A stretch of 64,000 nt of DNA from Entomortierella parvispora E1425. Lineage: Eukaryota; Fungi; Mortierellomycota. The stretch lies in the NCBI GenBank assembly GCA_020891255.1, contig BQFW01000006.1, positions 62,001 through 126,000 of the forward strand, read 5' to 3'. The position numbers and the translations under genes are program-made. Below the pieces are notes generated by a model. It was given only the letters and a program-made list of their open reading frames with translations. It ran no database searches and was not told where the DNA came from. Shown here one piece after another: positions 1 through 13,034 of this stretch (its first letter is position 1; every line of letters begins with the position of its first letter).

Positions 1-512
1 GGTTCCACGGGTGAGTGGAATCGAGGACAGTCAGAGGCAAGAGTGATCTTGAGCTCAACTCCGTCCTTGCTGTACGTTGCTCCTGTGCCGGACACGGATT
101 GTGCGTCCTCAGTCTCAGAGAGTTTCAGGTCACGCAAGATCAGCTGGAAGGCGGCTATCGCCTCTCGCTTCTCTTTCGCCTCTGCTTCAACTTCTTTGCA
201 GCGGGCGGCTAATCCTGGGGACTTGTCGACCATACTTTTCAACAGCAGTCCGCCGTGAATGCTGGACAAGCGGCCAAGTTGAGTAGACAAGTCGAGGATG
301 GTACGTTCTGCACTCTCCTTGGTGAGTCGTTCCGACTCTGGGATTCCAGGGTCTTCGTTAACGACCTCCATCATCGCATCGTCATCTGGTAGAATTCCTT
401 CCACCGATTGGGGGTCGGTATCTATAGTCAAGTTGCGCATGGCTCCTTCGACTGGTGCAGCCTCTCCGACACGGGGCTGACCATTACCAATGATGTCCGA
501 CAGTTCGGTCAT
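1..512 (-). CDS. Open reading frame running off the left window edge (>=170 aa); hypothetical, possibly retroelement gag/ORF1-like
   Basis: ATG at 512 (MTELSDIIGNGQPRV...KITLASDCPRFHSPVE) stays open to base 1. Absent from the ORF track because it has no stop. The gag-like call rests only on composition and a weak 'xPxF' motif. Confidence 0.35.
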   Translation of the reverse strand, partial: MTELSDIIGNGQPRVGEAAPVEGAMRNLTIDTDPQSVEGILPDDDAMMEVVNEDPGIPESERLTKESAERTILDLSTQLGRLSSIHGGLLLKSMVDKSPGLAARCKEVEAEAKEKREAIAAFQLILRDLKLSETEDAQSVSGTGATYSKDGVELKITLASDCPRFHSPVE

Positions 513-957
513 CTAGGGACAGATGGATGCAATTGTAGTGACGGATGGGTATCAGTTTACCGGCTAGGTCTGTTGATACGCACTGCCGTACTTTACTGTT
601 GTCTACGGTCTTTTCCTAGGATGTCTCCCAAAAAAAATAAAAGTAGCGAGAGAATTTTTTCATCCAGGGTATCTCCCCCGCATTTTGTCCTAGACGGGCG
701 ACCCCTCATGTGGCTTAGCTTCGATCCACATGTGATGCCTTGTTGACACTCCTGGTTCAGTTCAAACTCTCGTTCATTCCTCATCACGCCATCGGCGCAT
801 GATCCCGGGGACCAATCAGCGATGATCTTTGTCGTGGTGATACCCATTGGAGTAGCGATGGAGGAAGTGAATCTCCATTCCTCCTTCCATTCCTTTTTCC
901 TTCGCCCCGACTTTTTTTTTCACCATTCCTTCGTTCATTCTGCACTTTCATCACGTA

Positions 958-1662
958 ATGACCAAAGGACACCCTCGTCGTGCGTCTATGCGACCAACTA
1001 TGGATGGGCCGCTTTCACCTCGCCTGCCTCCTTCCCAGCCTGTTGCTGCTGACACGGTTTTGTCCGCTCATGCAGCAGTCGCTGATTCCGACGATGGTGG
1101 TGAGTCTGACGACAGCACTAAATCTGTCGCTCTCTTCCGACGGTCAAGTTCTGTGCCTCGTTCTCCTCCTCCTGAGGTAGGGACATCGACCTCGCCTTCG
1201 CACTCTATCCTGCCGTTATCGCTGACCTCGTCATCGAGTACTCCACTGTCACAGTCGGTCAGTGAGACCGTTTCATCGACTTTTGTTGCCGAAGACAACA
1301 TGGTACCTGTCGAGAACGACGATCTTACTTTTCCCTCATCTCAGATGGTCAGAGACTGGGGTGAATCGACTACTGCGGCGGCAAGACGTGCCCCCACGGT
1401 GATTGACGATGTGGAGAGTTCGTCTCAGCAGACGTTGGAGGATGTCTCCCTCCAAGCTTTGAGAGACTTGGGTCAACGTGTGGGTACTGCTTTCCACCGC
1501 AGTGCGGAGGAGCACGGCGTCGAGGGTCGTGACCACTGGACAAATGAACACGCAGCGTTAGCTTTCCAGTATTCGGCTCAATTAGCTTTCACCACGCAGC
1601 TCATTGCCAGAGGACGTCAGAAGAGAAACGTCCGTTTCTCTCCTTATACGAAAGCAACCTGA
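958..1662 (+). CDS. Hypothetical Ser-rich protein (234 aa)
   Basis: Uninterrupted ORF with ATG start; low-complexity N-terminus, no recognised domain. Confidence 0.3.
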   Translation: MTKGHPRRASMRPTMDGPLSPRLPPSQPVAADTVLSAHAAVADSDDGGESDDSTKSVALFRRSSSVPRSPPPEVGTSTSPSHSILPLSLTSSSSTPLSQSVSETVSSTFVAEDNMVPVENDDLTFPSSQMVRDWGESTTAAARRAPTVIDDVESSSQQTLEDVSLQALRDLGQRVGTAFHRSAEEHGVEGRDHWTNEHAALAFQYSAQLAFTTQLIARGRQKRNVRFSPYTKAT

Positions 1663-2121
1663 TAGATCTTCCAAGTGCACGATTGTAATAAAATGGGTGT
1701 CTTCATTGCATTTTGACTGTGCAACGTAGATCATCGTGTGGGCGCAACTAGTGCATCGTCGCGTACAGGGTGAACAACTCATTCCCTGAACTGTACTGAA
1801 TATCGACGATATCTCATGCAGCGTGGACTTTCGGGTCCTCCACTGATGGACTGTATTTCCACTACTAGAACGCATCCGTTTCCACGGTGTTTCCGAGTGT
1901 AGATCCTCTCTTTTCAAACTCAATTAAAAAAATGAAATGTTTTGGTACTCACAAGAAGTAATTGGGACAAAGAGAAGGATCTGAACTGACCCCTCTGTCT
2001 CGATCCTATAAGGACGAGCCAGAGTGGCTTAGCACGGCTCCTGTCATCTTGCTTTATTGTGCTATCTGACATGCCCGCTTGACCCAAATATACCACAAGC
2101 ACTTCTTTCAAATTAAACTAG

Positions 2122-3048
2122 GACTATCAACATACAAATACTAACAACCTTGTGGAGTCCTGGCACAAGACATTGAAGAGACGGCATTTGCAAAAGAGGC
2201 GTAATTTACGTGCCGATGACTTGGTGTTTATATTGCAAGGAAAAGTGGATATCGATTTTCAGGACACTTTGTTCAAAATCTCCCGAAATCTTGTTGAGAG
2301 ACCACTGTCGACGTATGACAAAGAAAGAAAGAGTAAAGCGATGGGTCTGGAGCATACCACTGCGATTCAGATGGTTAGATTACAGCTCCCTGCCATCAAG
2401 GTACCTCCACTTGCTGTTGCAAGTTTTTCTTTTGCTCTCATCACGGTCACTTGCTTAACAGCTTCATATTATCACCCTACACTTCCTTAGTTTGATGTTC
2501 AATCCTTTCGATCTGCAGCTACATGGTATTCAATCCGTGTAGATAGAGACTTCAATCTCATCCTTGCATGCACATGCTCTGATTACCGCCAACATCTGTT
2601 GCCATGTAAGCACATGTACCTTGTGGAAAGATTTCACGAAAACATGAAGATATCATACACAGGAGAGCCAGCTGACGACCCCGAGGATGTGCTTGTTGAT
2701 GAGCTTGCTATTGGGGAATCCCTGGAGCAAGCCAACCAAGACCTAGACATCTTTGGTCCCGATCTGGAAGCAGGGATTGGTCCCTTGCTCCGGCTTCAAC
2801 TTGACCAACAGCGGGCCAAGGAGCAAGAAGCTCGTAGGGCTGCCAGAGAACAGGCCGTCCTTGCTGAATTTGAACACAATGAGGCGGAACTGAAAGATAT
2901 GGCGAATCAAATTGTTGCGACTGTGGAGGCGAGAAAGGGGCGAAAATGTACCTTGGAGTATCTCAAAAGTACTGTGGCGGCTTTAAGAAACACTGTGTTG
3001 GAGATCAAGGGTCTTAACTCAGGGAACACCGGGCGGACTTGTCAGTAG
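2122..3048 (+). pseudogene. 5'-truncated Mutator-like (MULE) transposase C-terminus with SWIM zinc finger
   Basis: TNNLVESWHKTLKRRHL..RNLRADDL motif; phase-0 GT-AG intron 2374-2490 joins to ACTCSDYRQHLLPCKH (SWIM CxC..PCKH). No upstream DDE core or start codon. Confidence 0.6.
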
Positions 3049-5098
3049 TGGATGGATCAAATAAAGGGACTTAAAGTCAACGGCGCGTCGATTGACCAGT
3101 TGTCGATTGACCATTGTCCATTGTCCATTGTTCGATTGACGATGGCGGGCCTTGTCGGACTTCGAAGGGGTCAAGCAAGAAGTCACGTTCCGAGCCATAG
3201 AAGCAATTGTGCCATTTCCAGATCCCTCTTGCTACGTCACATCCCCATTTGACAGTCCCCAACCTTTCTCATTCCAACAGAGAGTTGTCACAATACTGGA
3301 TGGTGTGGGCTCTGCTCTGGCGGAGAGGACTGAATTCAAGCGTGTCGGGACGAGATTTTTTTAGTCTCCATTAATCCGAATTCTCTGAATCTAACTCCAC
3401 GGCCTCTTCCTGCGCGCTCTCCCATCGATCGCACTACGAGTAGACATGTATCTCTGTCGCTTCCCTCAATGATCCGGGATTGAAGAGAAGGGCACGCACG
3501 ACAAAGACTGCTGAGCACGCTATCCTCTCTCTGGGCAAGAAAGATGAAGGCTACGACAGAGAGGTGCATCAAGAGAACAGAAGTTATTTCTTTCGAGTTT
3601 CGTGGAACTTCCTAACTCCGGCGCCCAGATAACCGCAGCACAGGATCGTGTACTTTTCCTCTCCTCACTATCCTTTCCCTGCTTGTTGCAGTGGCACTCG
3701 CCTGCCTCAAGATGAAAGGATCTTGATTTAGGCAGTGGTGCTCCAACAGAGAAAGAGGCCACGAAAGCTAGAAGAGGACAATGTAGAGGAACGTTTGGGT
3801 TAGGCAGTCTATCAACAGAAGAGATGGGCTCCACGCGAAACGGGGCACATCAAGAACCAAGACTATAAACCGAAGACAAGCGGCCGAACCTGGCTCAATC
3901 AATGGGTATGTAGTTCATATATCCACTTAGTTGGCGACCGAGTGGAATGCAAGAGGCAAGATGGAAGAAAGATAAAACGAAGGGAGAGACAAAGGCAAGA
4001 AAGAATTGGGAGGAGAGCGATTCTTGAGAAGAAAGCTGGCACGACTTGACTTTGTTCCTCAAGTGTACCTCGAGACGCGCTGTCTCGATTTGCTTTTCCC
4101 ATGACTTATCTGAAGCGCAAGGGATACAAGTCATGATATTGAACGATGTTAGCCAGGACTTCTCGAGGAAACAAAGGGTCGTTGTCATGACCAGACAGGA
4201 CAAGAAGAAGAAAAGGGCCGAAAGGCATGGTTTATTATGAATTGCTAGATGGAGGACAAGGTAAGAAGCCACATTCGTCTGGCGGGTAAGAGTAACAGGC
4301 TAGACCTAAGGATGAGGACGGAGATGTCGACGTGACGAAGGAGAGTAGAACATATGAATTATGACATTTCGGTATTTCTGATAAATAATAAAAATCTTAC
4401 AAAGGAAAGCATGCCAAGTTCGATCCAAGTTCCTGGTGGTTCGATTAGGAGCAGGGACATGCAGCGCCGATATTACGACACAGATCTTGGCGACTTTTGA
4501 AGATCGATCCGTGATAACCATCCGCTCATTTTTATCCTCCTTGCACTTGGTGGATTTCACGCGTACTTGGAGGTGTTGCTTTTGACTGTCGGGTCTACAA
4601 ACAGCTCTGAAGAGTTGGCACTATGGATGACCATAGGCGTTAGTTGCCTTCAGATGGCCTTGCACTCTTCTGGAGTGGCGTGGTATCTGCCATCGGGAGA
4701 ATATCAAGGAGGAAGAATTGCAAAGGCATAGTCAACGGTGACCTCAATGGTATGTCATTATTGTTTTCTTGTCACTCGGCAAGGCCGGGAAATCTATCGA
4801 TATCTAGCACGGTAGTCTATGAGGCGGAATTCAAGGAAGTAGAAGGGAGCGTGGAAGACGTTGATGCTGAACCTACAAAAAAAAAAAAAAATGAAGCGCA
4901 TTGCATGGTCTCCTTATTTCCCTGCAGAGTAGGAAATAACGGTGCAAAAATGAAACTACCCTAGATCGCAAGTGCTGCACACACGCCCCTTAACTCCCAT
5001 GGTGGACTTCCTCTACATAGTCTCGCCACCAGACCTCCAGATCACGTGATCTGAATCCATTCGACTCTACTCCCACTGGAGGTCTGGGTCACAATCTT

Positions 5099-5651
5099 TA
5101 GTCTCGTCACCATCCCCTCCGCCGGTTCACAGGAGAGTCACAAGTGCTGACGCACCTGCCTTTTTAGGCAGCTCTCACTGAAAACCTCTAGAGGGGCTGG
5201 TCGGCAAGTAAGGTTTCCACTATGACCCTGCAGAGCTCTGTCAAAAAAATAACGGCAAAGTCGAAAAACAGCTCAGTTTTGCTCATCCTCCCTTCATCAT
5301 TCACCTCATCTCGCACCATTAATCTATGGTCGCCTTGCCATTCCACTCCCATTCCCCTCCCATTCCCCTGTTTCCATCGCAATCTTCCACTCTCAGTGCG
5401 TTCTCGCTCTCTTGACGACCTTCATACAAAGCGCCTCCGCCGTTCCCCGTCTCTCAGGTTATTTGTTTTCGCTGAGAAAAGTGCTCCAGGTACGCCTTCA
5501 TGGACACGAATATATGAACTAGCACGCTCTGGCCATGGAAACTAACAGCTATTCCCTCTTCTACACCAAAAGCCCAGTCCTCAATTGATCCCCCCGCTCT
5601 TCAATTGATCCCTCCGTCCTCATATCCCGTCCAATTGGTATCACGCTAGTA
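5099..5651 (+). repeat. Left terminal inverted repeat (553 bp)
   Basis: Reverse complement of 10797-11349; the identical 107-aa and 64-aa ORFs appear on opposite strands in the ORF track. Confidence 0.95.
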
Positions 5652-5754
5652 AAGTTCGCGATTTTTTCGCGTTTGATGAAAAAAATCATTGTTCTAACGG
5701 CCGATATCAGTTCTCCCGTCCTGTTGACAGCCCCCCCCCCCACGATAAAAAAAT

Positions 5755-8182
5755 ATGGTCACATCTCTTCATCGTCGCATTCCCCGAAGCCAGTGGGTCA
5801 AACAACCAAAGGAGAGGCCTGTCTCTGAGGACCAAGGCAAAAATCTCGTTGCTATTCTAGAGTATATCAGAGATTGCGGGCTTTCGTTTGGTTCGTTCAT
5901 TGAAGCCTGTCTCAATTCAGATGACATTGTGGTGAAAAGAAAAGTTGATCACTTCCTCGCACATGGATGCCCCGCCCGTTGCTTCGATATCTGGAAGGAC
6001 AGCATCAAGAAGGACCATTCTAAAACTCTATTGACTTCTGCCATGGATTTCGTGCTGAAGTTCGCACGGCCAGAAATCGAACGAGCCAGCCATACCATGA
6101 ATATTGGGCTCCCTGCCACTGCAGTAACCGGGGAAGCTCTGGAACAGTTCCGCCTCGAAAATATCCTGCGAGAAATGGAGGGGCATGCCCCCATATCCCT
6201 AGCCTTGCTGCGTGGTCTCATAAACGACAAGAGGCTTTCACCTTTCGAACCAGAAATCCCCGCCGTCCCTGTAGTCGCCAGTGTCGTCCTCAGGACGTGG
6301 AATAGACGGGCAAATTTCCTCCAAGGTATCTTCAGTCTCTACTTTTATAGCCAGGGTGCTACAAAGTCGTTGGTCAGTGTTCTCCAAAGAGCTGGACTCA
6401 GCAATAGCTTTGACTGGATTATGGAGGGCTTGGATCATCTGACCACGGCACATTTAGAAAAAATCCAGTCAATTTTGAAGGACAGGAAACAACCGTTCAT
6501 GATTGTGTACGATAACATCAACATGGCATTTCGGCGCTACAATCAGAGAACGACAAACAAAGATTCATTCGAAAATGGTGCCACAGCGACGGCAATTCTC
6601 ACTTCTGAGATGCCTGCTGTTGAAGGGGTGCAAGATGCCACGAGGCATATACGTGCCTCCGATTTGTACCCCTCCAAAGAACAGGACAGTCATTTGAAGG
6701 AAACATACCGTTATCATCTGATTGAGGCGCTGCGAAGACGAGGAACCATATCTCTCAAAAACCCTATTCCTGAGCCAGTCAAGAACAAACTCAAAGTGGA
6801 GAGAACCAAAGCTTACCCACTTCCATCCATGCACATTGACCAGTCAACCGTGGAAGGCAACAGGGATATTCTTGACAAGATCATGAAGGTGCTTCAGCTT
6901 TCGCCAGAGACTTTCTTTGATCAGACGCGTCTTGTTGTTGCAGGAGATCAACTCACCTTGGCCAGAATACGAAGTGTAGCAAGATTACGATGGGATGAGG
7001 ACTTGGCGTACTACCGTGTGGAATGGGCAATCCCTGTCCTTCAACTTTTTCATCTTCAGATGGTTCTGGCATCAACAATTTTGAAGACGCACTGGGGCAC
7101 TCGAACAACACCTGGATCGCTCAGCTCCTTCGTCGCGGCCTTGGAAAAAAAGCGGATCAGCCCAGACAAGTCTAGTTTCCATGATCTTGATGAATTTCTT
7201 CGCCATGTTTTTGATGCCATAGTCTTGCTCATTTGGGAAATCAAGCTCAAGAGTGAAGAGGAATTGTCCAGCAAGTCCTCCGGACAGATGCCTCACTCAT
7301 CAATGGATGTCATGGATAAGGTTGACGGTATCATCGGCCAATATTTGACAGCAACAGGCCTTGGTGGCATGGCAAATCAGCAGTCAGTCAACGCCGCGTT
7401 GTTCATTCGGGACATGCTGTTCTACATTGAGCTGGGATCAGCGATCAAAGCAGGGGATATAGGGCGAATTCTGGAGATGATCCGATGGCTTACCTTGACC
7501 TTTCAAGCTGGAGGCAATAGAAACTACGCAAATGAGCTTCTACGACTTCACTGTGGCCTCTTTTATTCTTGGAAGACAGAGGATAGGAATACCATATTAT
7601 CCTCGATGCTAGTTAATACTACTGGACAACCAAACAGATGGATACCCACCGACCTTTATCAAGAGCACAACAATCTTCTTACAAAAATCAGACACGCGGC
7701 AAAAGTCCAGCAATCTGAACTGGGGTATTTTAGAGAAAAAAATTGCGCCAAACGTTCGCACGTTCCAGGAGATTGCGAGGACGGTCGAGAAAATGTTCAA
7801 AACGCCTCATTGTGGAACCAACCACTCAGCTCCATCCTCTGTGGCGGACATCGATATAATTAAGCAGCGGTGCATCGAGGCTGGCTTTTTCACGCATGAC
7901 GATATATCTCCTGATCTTGTGGTTCCTGCTGTGAGAGATCTTTTGGCAGAGGGACGCAATAATATTGTAGATAAGCGTCGAATTGCTGTTTTCAAGAAAT
8001 GCTGTGGTCGCTATTGTAATGAAGACGCTGGTGAGATGGATGTCGAGATGGAGGAGGAGGAGGAAGATGCTGAGATGGACGAGGAACGCCCTACAATTGC
8101 TGATGATGAAGCACTAGAGTTTCCTGAATTCGACATCTCACAATTCGACCTGGACGAGTTCGTTGAAAATAACTTTTGTTAA
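5755..8182 (+). CDS. Academ/DUF6589-type transposase, ~808 aa if one frameshift in an A7 run (7736-7742) is corrected
   Basis: Motifs MIVYDNIN, NGATAT, VVAGDQLT, LQLFHLQM, NYANELL, TDLYQEHNN. ORF 5755-7863 continues as 7793-8182 after removing one A (FREKIAPNVRTFQEIARTVEKMFK). Confidence 0.85.
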
Positions 8183-8764
8183 ATAAAGCAGCACCTCCCT
8201 GCAATGTACATCTAACCGCAGAGCCACACGGCGCCCCTGCCGACAAGTATCTGTCCATTGGATTGGGACCACTCTGTGGTGTACTTCGGTTCTCATTTTT
8301 TTTCGAGGTCGGCGCACATTTTTGGAACCGTGGTTCTAGTGATTTTTTTTTTCCGGAAATTTTTCTCGGTCCATTGCTTTGATCGTACGCAGCCTGAGCT
8401 GAAATACAGATCCCTCTCCTCTCTTTTGCTTCCAATCCTCCAAGGGATGTCACTGGTGTTGGTGACATTGTTTTCTCATACTACTCTTTGAGGTCTCTGT
8501 TTTCTTGTTTCGACCCTTCTCAGCCTCAATAAATTGGTCCAGGGAAAAAATGAAGAAAAAAAATTGAGTGAGAGCAGTGAACCAGTTCGGCGCACTGGCT
8601 TTTTTCTTTTGAGAGACGCAGTGCACCGGTTCCTCTTTTTCGCCCAGTCCCAGTCCCCTTGCCCAACTGCAACGTTTGTGCAGGCTGCCGGTAGTATACC
8701 TCCACCTCCTCGACTTTCATGAGCGAGGTTTTTTTTATTTCTATTTGAAGTGCTGTTATAGTTG

Positions 8765-10797
8765 TCACCGCTTCAGAGCAGAGGGGCCGAAATGTTGAAT
8801 AATTGATATTGTAGGAGGCGTGGAAGTATTGTCTTGAACTTGATTGCTTCTCTGTGGTGATGGCGGAAGAAAATATTGGATTACCTTGAGTTCCTTTTGT
8901 TTAGACGAAGGGTTGTTCTCTGTTGCTGTTCCTCCCTTTTTTCGTATCGCCTTCGTTTTTTTTGGAGGTGTTTTCGGGGGTTTAAGCAGCAATTGCGTGA
9001 GATTTTTGCTTTCCTTGACTTGTTGCGGTGGAAGGTTTTGATCAATCTGCCGCTGGCCATAGCCGTCCTGCAGCGAATGAATCTCCATTTCATCTTCACT
9101 TATTAGTTGGTCTGACTGTTGCTGGTCGCGACTGGCTGTGGAAACGACTTGCATTTCCTGCTGATCCGTTGTGGCACTGATCAAAGGAGGAATTTGAAAA
9201 GATGGGGCCATTCCAAATTGCCGCCGTCGCTCCTTTTCTTGGCGATTTTTTTTTCCTTCTCGTCCTTCTCCTCCAAGAATTGCTTGCCCAAACCCATGAT
9301 GATCTCTAGCACCTGGCTTGGATATGTTTCATTCAGTGGGTCCCAGTATAGCATGTCGATTGATCTGGCAGCAATTATACTCTTGTACTTCTTGACGGTC
9401 TTGTTTAACATGTAGTCGGTCATGACCGTTTGTTCTGTGTCGTGCATGCGGCCCTTAAAGTGCAAGTCATACATATTATCCCTCCATACTATCAGCGCAT
9501 TCCGGACTTGTTCCGCCTCATTCTTATCCCATTTCTCTCGTTTCGATGCCTTGTCTGCTGGCTGAATTGTTGACGACTCGTCCTTGTCATCAGCTTCATC
9601 CGGATTGCAGATATTGCAGCACACGTCCGTAACTGGGACGTGCTCGTTCCCGTAGTAATCGTTAAAATACTTTCGGATACATCCAGGAGAGTTCGCTAGG
9701 TCAATAAGGTCTTTAAGATCTTGCTGAACGGGATCTTTTTTTTTGGGGGTAACTTTTGGTGCCGATTTTGGGACCAAAAATATACCGTATCCTTGGATTG
9801 TGCCGTCCCTTGCAGCTCGTCCAAATCGCTGAAAAAGACAATTTATATCCCGAGGGTAGCCATACTGGACAACACGAGCGATATCCCTAATGTCACATCC
9901 CATACCTGCGGCTTCCGTTGCTAGCAAAATAGGATATTTGCCTTCACGGAACTCCTTCATGCGACGATTCTTGAGATCATCGGTTTTGAAACCATGATAC
10001 ACCCGAACTTGTTCTTGGCCGAACCAAGTGCGTAGAAGGTGTCCAGCTTGCTCTGCTAAATCCCGGTTGTCGAAATAAACGATGGTCTTGGCCTTGTCCT
10101 TCAAGAAAAGGAGATCTTTAAATGATGATACGGCCTCCTTAAATGAAGTGACCTTGTACATGATATTGGGTCGATCGTTACCGATGTTGATGATAGTCGG
10201 GTTCATCATGTCCAGTGATAGTATTGTAGTCTTCAAAATTGATCTGGGAAGTGTAGCCGAGGCAGCTATGAAAGGTGCTCGATTGTTTAGCCTGTAGCGC
10301 AACTTAGCAAGCTCCCCAAAAGCGTGGCGAAATGACGATCCCCAGGCGTGGATGCAATGGGCTTCATCAACAACAACAGCGCGTATGCTTTCAGCCCATT
10401 TGCTGTTTTCCCAAAGACCCTTTAATCGTTTGGATTCAAGAAGCATCTCTGGAGATAGAAAAATTGCCCGATATCCACCTTGGAGGACTTTGGAGGCGTT
10501 GATATCCTTATCATCCTCCGTGATACTGACACATTCGATGTTGAGATTCTTGAGCTTGTCTCTTTGTTCGATGCCAAGAGCCTTAAGAGGTGTTATTACA
10601 AGGATGGCAGCGTCACTCCACAGAAATAGTGGAAGAGTGAAGGCCAGAGTTTTTCCCCAACCTGTGGGGGCAATTAAGACGCAATCTCTCCGATCAATAA
10701 TGGATCGGAGAACGTCCAATTGCTCGGGCTTGGGGATGACGCCGAGTTTGTCTTCGCAGACACTTATGACGCGATCAGTATCAGACAAAGGAGGCAT
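8765..10797 (-). CDS. RecQ-like superfamily-2 helicase of AcademH (538 aa to stop at 9181; probably ~677 aa to 8765 with a slip in an A9 run)
   Basis: APTGWGKT (motif I), VVDEAH (II), SAT (III), ATEAAGMGCD (V), QRFGRAARDG (VI), Cys-rich RQC-like CIRKY..CCNIC. Adding one A at 9246-9254 reads through into ORF 8765-9211. Confidence 0.9.
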
Positions 10798-11349
10798 ACT
10801 AGCGTGATACCAATTGGACGGGATATGAGGACGGAGGGATCAATTGAAGAGCGGGGGGATCAATTGAGGACTGGGCTTTTGGTGTAGAAGAGGGAATAGC
10901 TGTTAGTTTCCATGGCCAGAGCGTGCTAGTTCATATATTCGTGTCCATGAAGGCGTACCTGGAGCACTTTTCTCAGCGAAAACAAATAACCTGAGAGACG
11001 GGGAACGGCGGAGGCGCTTTGTATGAAGGTCGTCAAGAGAGCGAGAACGCACTGAGAGTGGAAGATTGCGATGGAAACAGGGGAATGGGAGGGGAATGGG
11101 AGTGGAATGGCAAGGCGACCATAGATTAATGGTGCGAGATGAGGTGAATGATGAAGGGAGGATGAGCAAAACTGAGCTGTTTTTCGACTTTGCCGTTATT
11201 TTTTTGACAGAGCTCTGCAGGGTCATAGTGGAAACCTTACTTGCCGACCAGCCCCTCTAGAGGTTTTCAGTGAGAGCTGCCTAAAAAGGCAGGTGCGTCA
11301 GCACTTGTGACTCTCCTGTGAACCGGCGGAGGGGATGGTGACGAGACTA
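10797..11349 (-). repeat. Right terminal inverted repeat (553 bp)
   Basis: Mirror of 5099-5651; ends ...GACGAGACTA. Confidence 0.95.
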
Positions 11350-11540
11350 CAATCTTGACATTTTGGCAGGGATTGTCGTAAAAATAAAAAAGGAAATTTT
11401 TAAGGGGCCAACATGCATGTCATGGCCATGTCCAAGCATGCAATGTCGGGCATGGCCATGTCCTCGAGCAAAAATAATGTGCGCGTTCGCCTCTCAATTC
11501 CCACACTCGACGACACTTTTTCTACTCTGGGTCTCCCCTC

Positions 11541-13034
11541 ATGAATTCATTCGCTTTCCAATTCTTCCAAGAGTATGGCACCGTGGACAACAATGGCAAC
11601 GCCTCAATGGCTCCCTCATCACCCAGTTCTCGCGCGCAAGCTCGAAGGACTAACGCACAAATCCAGCAGGACAACGACCAGGCACTTATAAGGGTCTTCA
11701 AAGCACTTCAAGATAACAAATTTACGCTGCGAACGTTTCTACTTGCTGCATTTGAATCGAAACATGAACAGATAAAGAGTCAAGTGAATATATTTTACGC
11801 CAGAGGGGGACCTGCTGCAGTACTTCACGAATGGGGGAACGCTCTATGGTCAAACCAAAGATACGACGAGTCGTTTACGATGGAAGCGATCGACATCGTC
11901 ACCAAACGTACTGAGGCGGACCTGGAGAACGCCATCAAGAATGCATCGTTTAGGCATCCAACAAATTCCATTTCTCGCAAATCCATCAGGAAATTTTCAC
12001 TTGATGGCATCCGATCTTCACTTCAAAACTCGGCACCATACCTCATGAAACTTCTTTCTTCCTTGGTTCCAAAGAAAGAAGGATCTATCAGTGGCTGGCG
12101 CCCATCGTACAACGCCGTCAGCGGTGAAGCTATCCCCAATTCGCTTGGAAGTGAAAGGGTCCGGCCTGAAGGACGAACTCCTCGGAGTAATTATGATTGC
12201 GATTCAGGCGATTCAGATGATTGTTTGGAAGGAAGCTCAAGTGACGATTCGGAGGGTTGTTCTGCTGACAGTCCACAAAGTGGTTCAGACTGCGATCCAC
12301 AGGCAGACTCAGACTGGGAGGAGGAGAAGGCCGAGCAAGTTCATATCGAAGATCCACGCTCGTTCATAGCAACTGCCGGTTGTATGCTTTTGTTTATGAA
12401 GAGCCAAAAGTCCAATTGCTTTCAAATGATGATGGGTAAGCACCATAATGATTGGTATCTCCTGTTGTACTTTAAAAGCATTGCTTGATATTAACTTCGT
12501 TTTATTATCGTTTCTCTAGGGATTCATCTACGAGGCTTATCAACTCCAAAGAAGCTGATACATTTGTTGTCAAAATTGGGATTAAGCATGTCGTACACGT
12601 CAACGACACAGTGCTTAAAAGCACTAGCACGCGATAACCTGAAAGCGACTAGGAGAGCGGCTGCTACAAAACCTGTCATCTTTCTCTATGACAACATTAA
12701 TCGAAAAGTAACCCACCGTCACCAGCGGAAAGACAAGCAGGATTATTTCGAAAACGCAACTACAGGAACAATTGTTATTGGCAAATGTCTGGGTGAGGAT
12801 ATACCTGTTCAACTGAGGACGGCACCGACCATTCAAGACATTACAATTAATACAGAGGATTCAGAATATTACAGACGAGTCATTCTGTCATTACTTGTCG
12901 ACAATATCGACTGTGCCAACAATAGCCCCTTCCAGACAGCATTCAACACTCCAAGATTGAACGCTCTTTGTCCGAAACGAACCAAAGCTTACGAACTGGC
13001 CGCAATGGATATCGATCAGGCCTCAATTATGTAG
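11541..13034 (+). pseudogene. 3'-truncated Academ/DUF6589-type transposase of the outer element
   Basis: Exon 11541-12435, GT-AG intron 12436-12519, exon 12520-13034 with LSKLGLSMSY, IFLYDNIN, NATTG, AMDIDQAS. The ORF is cut off by a TAG inside the residual right TIR, before the GDQLT motif. Confidence 0.8.

Larger units (their letters stand above)
5099..11349 (+). mobile_element. AcademH DNA transposon (transposase plus RecQ-like helicase, convergent), 6251 bp
   Basis: TAG...CTA termini, 553-bp TIRs, direct repeat CAATCTT on both flanks (5092-5098, 11350-11356). A transposase plus SF2 RecQ helicase pair is the defining AcademH content. Confidence 0.9.

Noticed and set aside
3050-4990. Many short ORFs on both strands
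   Set aside because: Frequent stops and no recognisable motif; probably decayed sequence that I cannot assign.
5188-5545. 107-aa and 64-aa ORFs duplicated at 10903-11260
   Set aside because: They lie within the TIRs; the duplication reflects the repeat, and they show no protein-like motifs.
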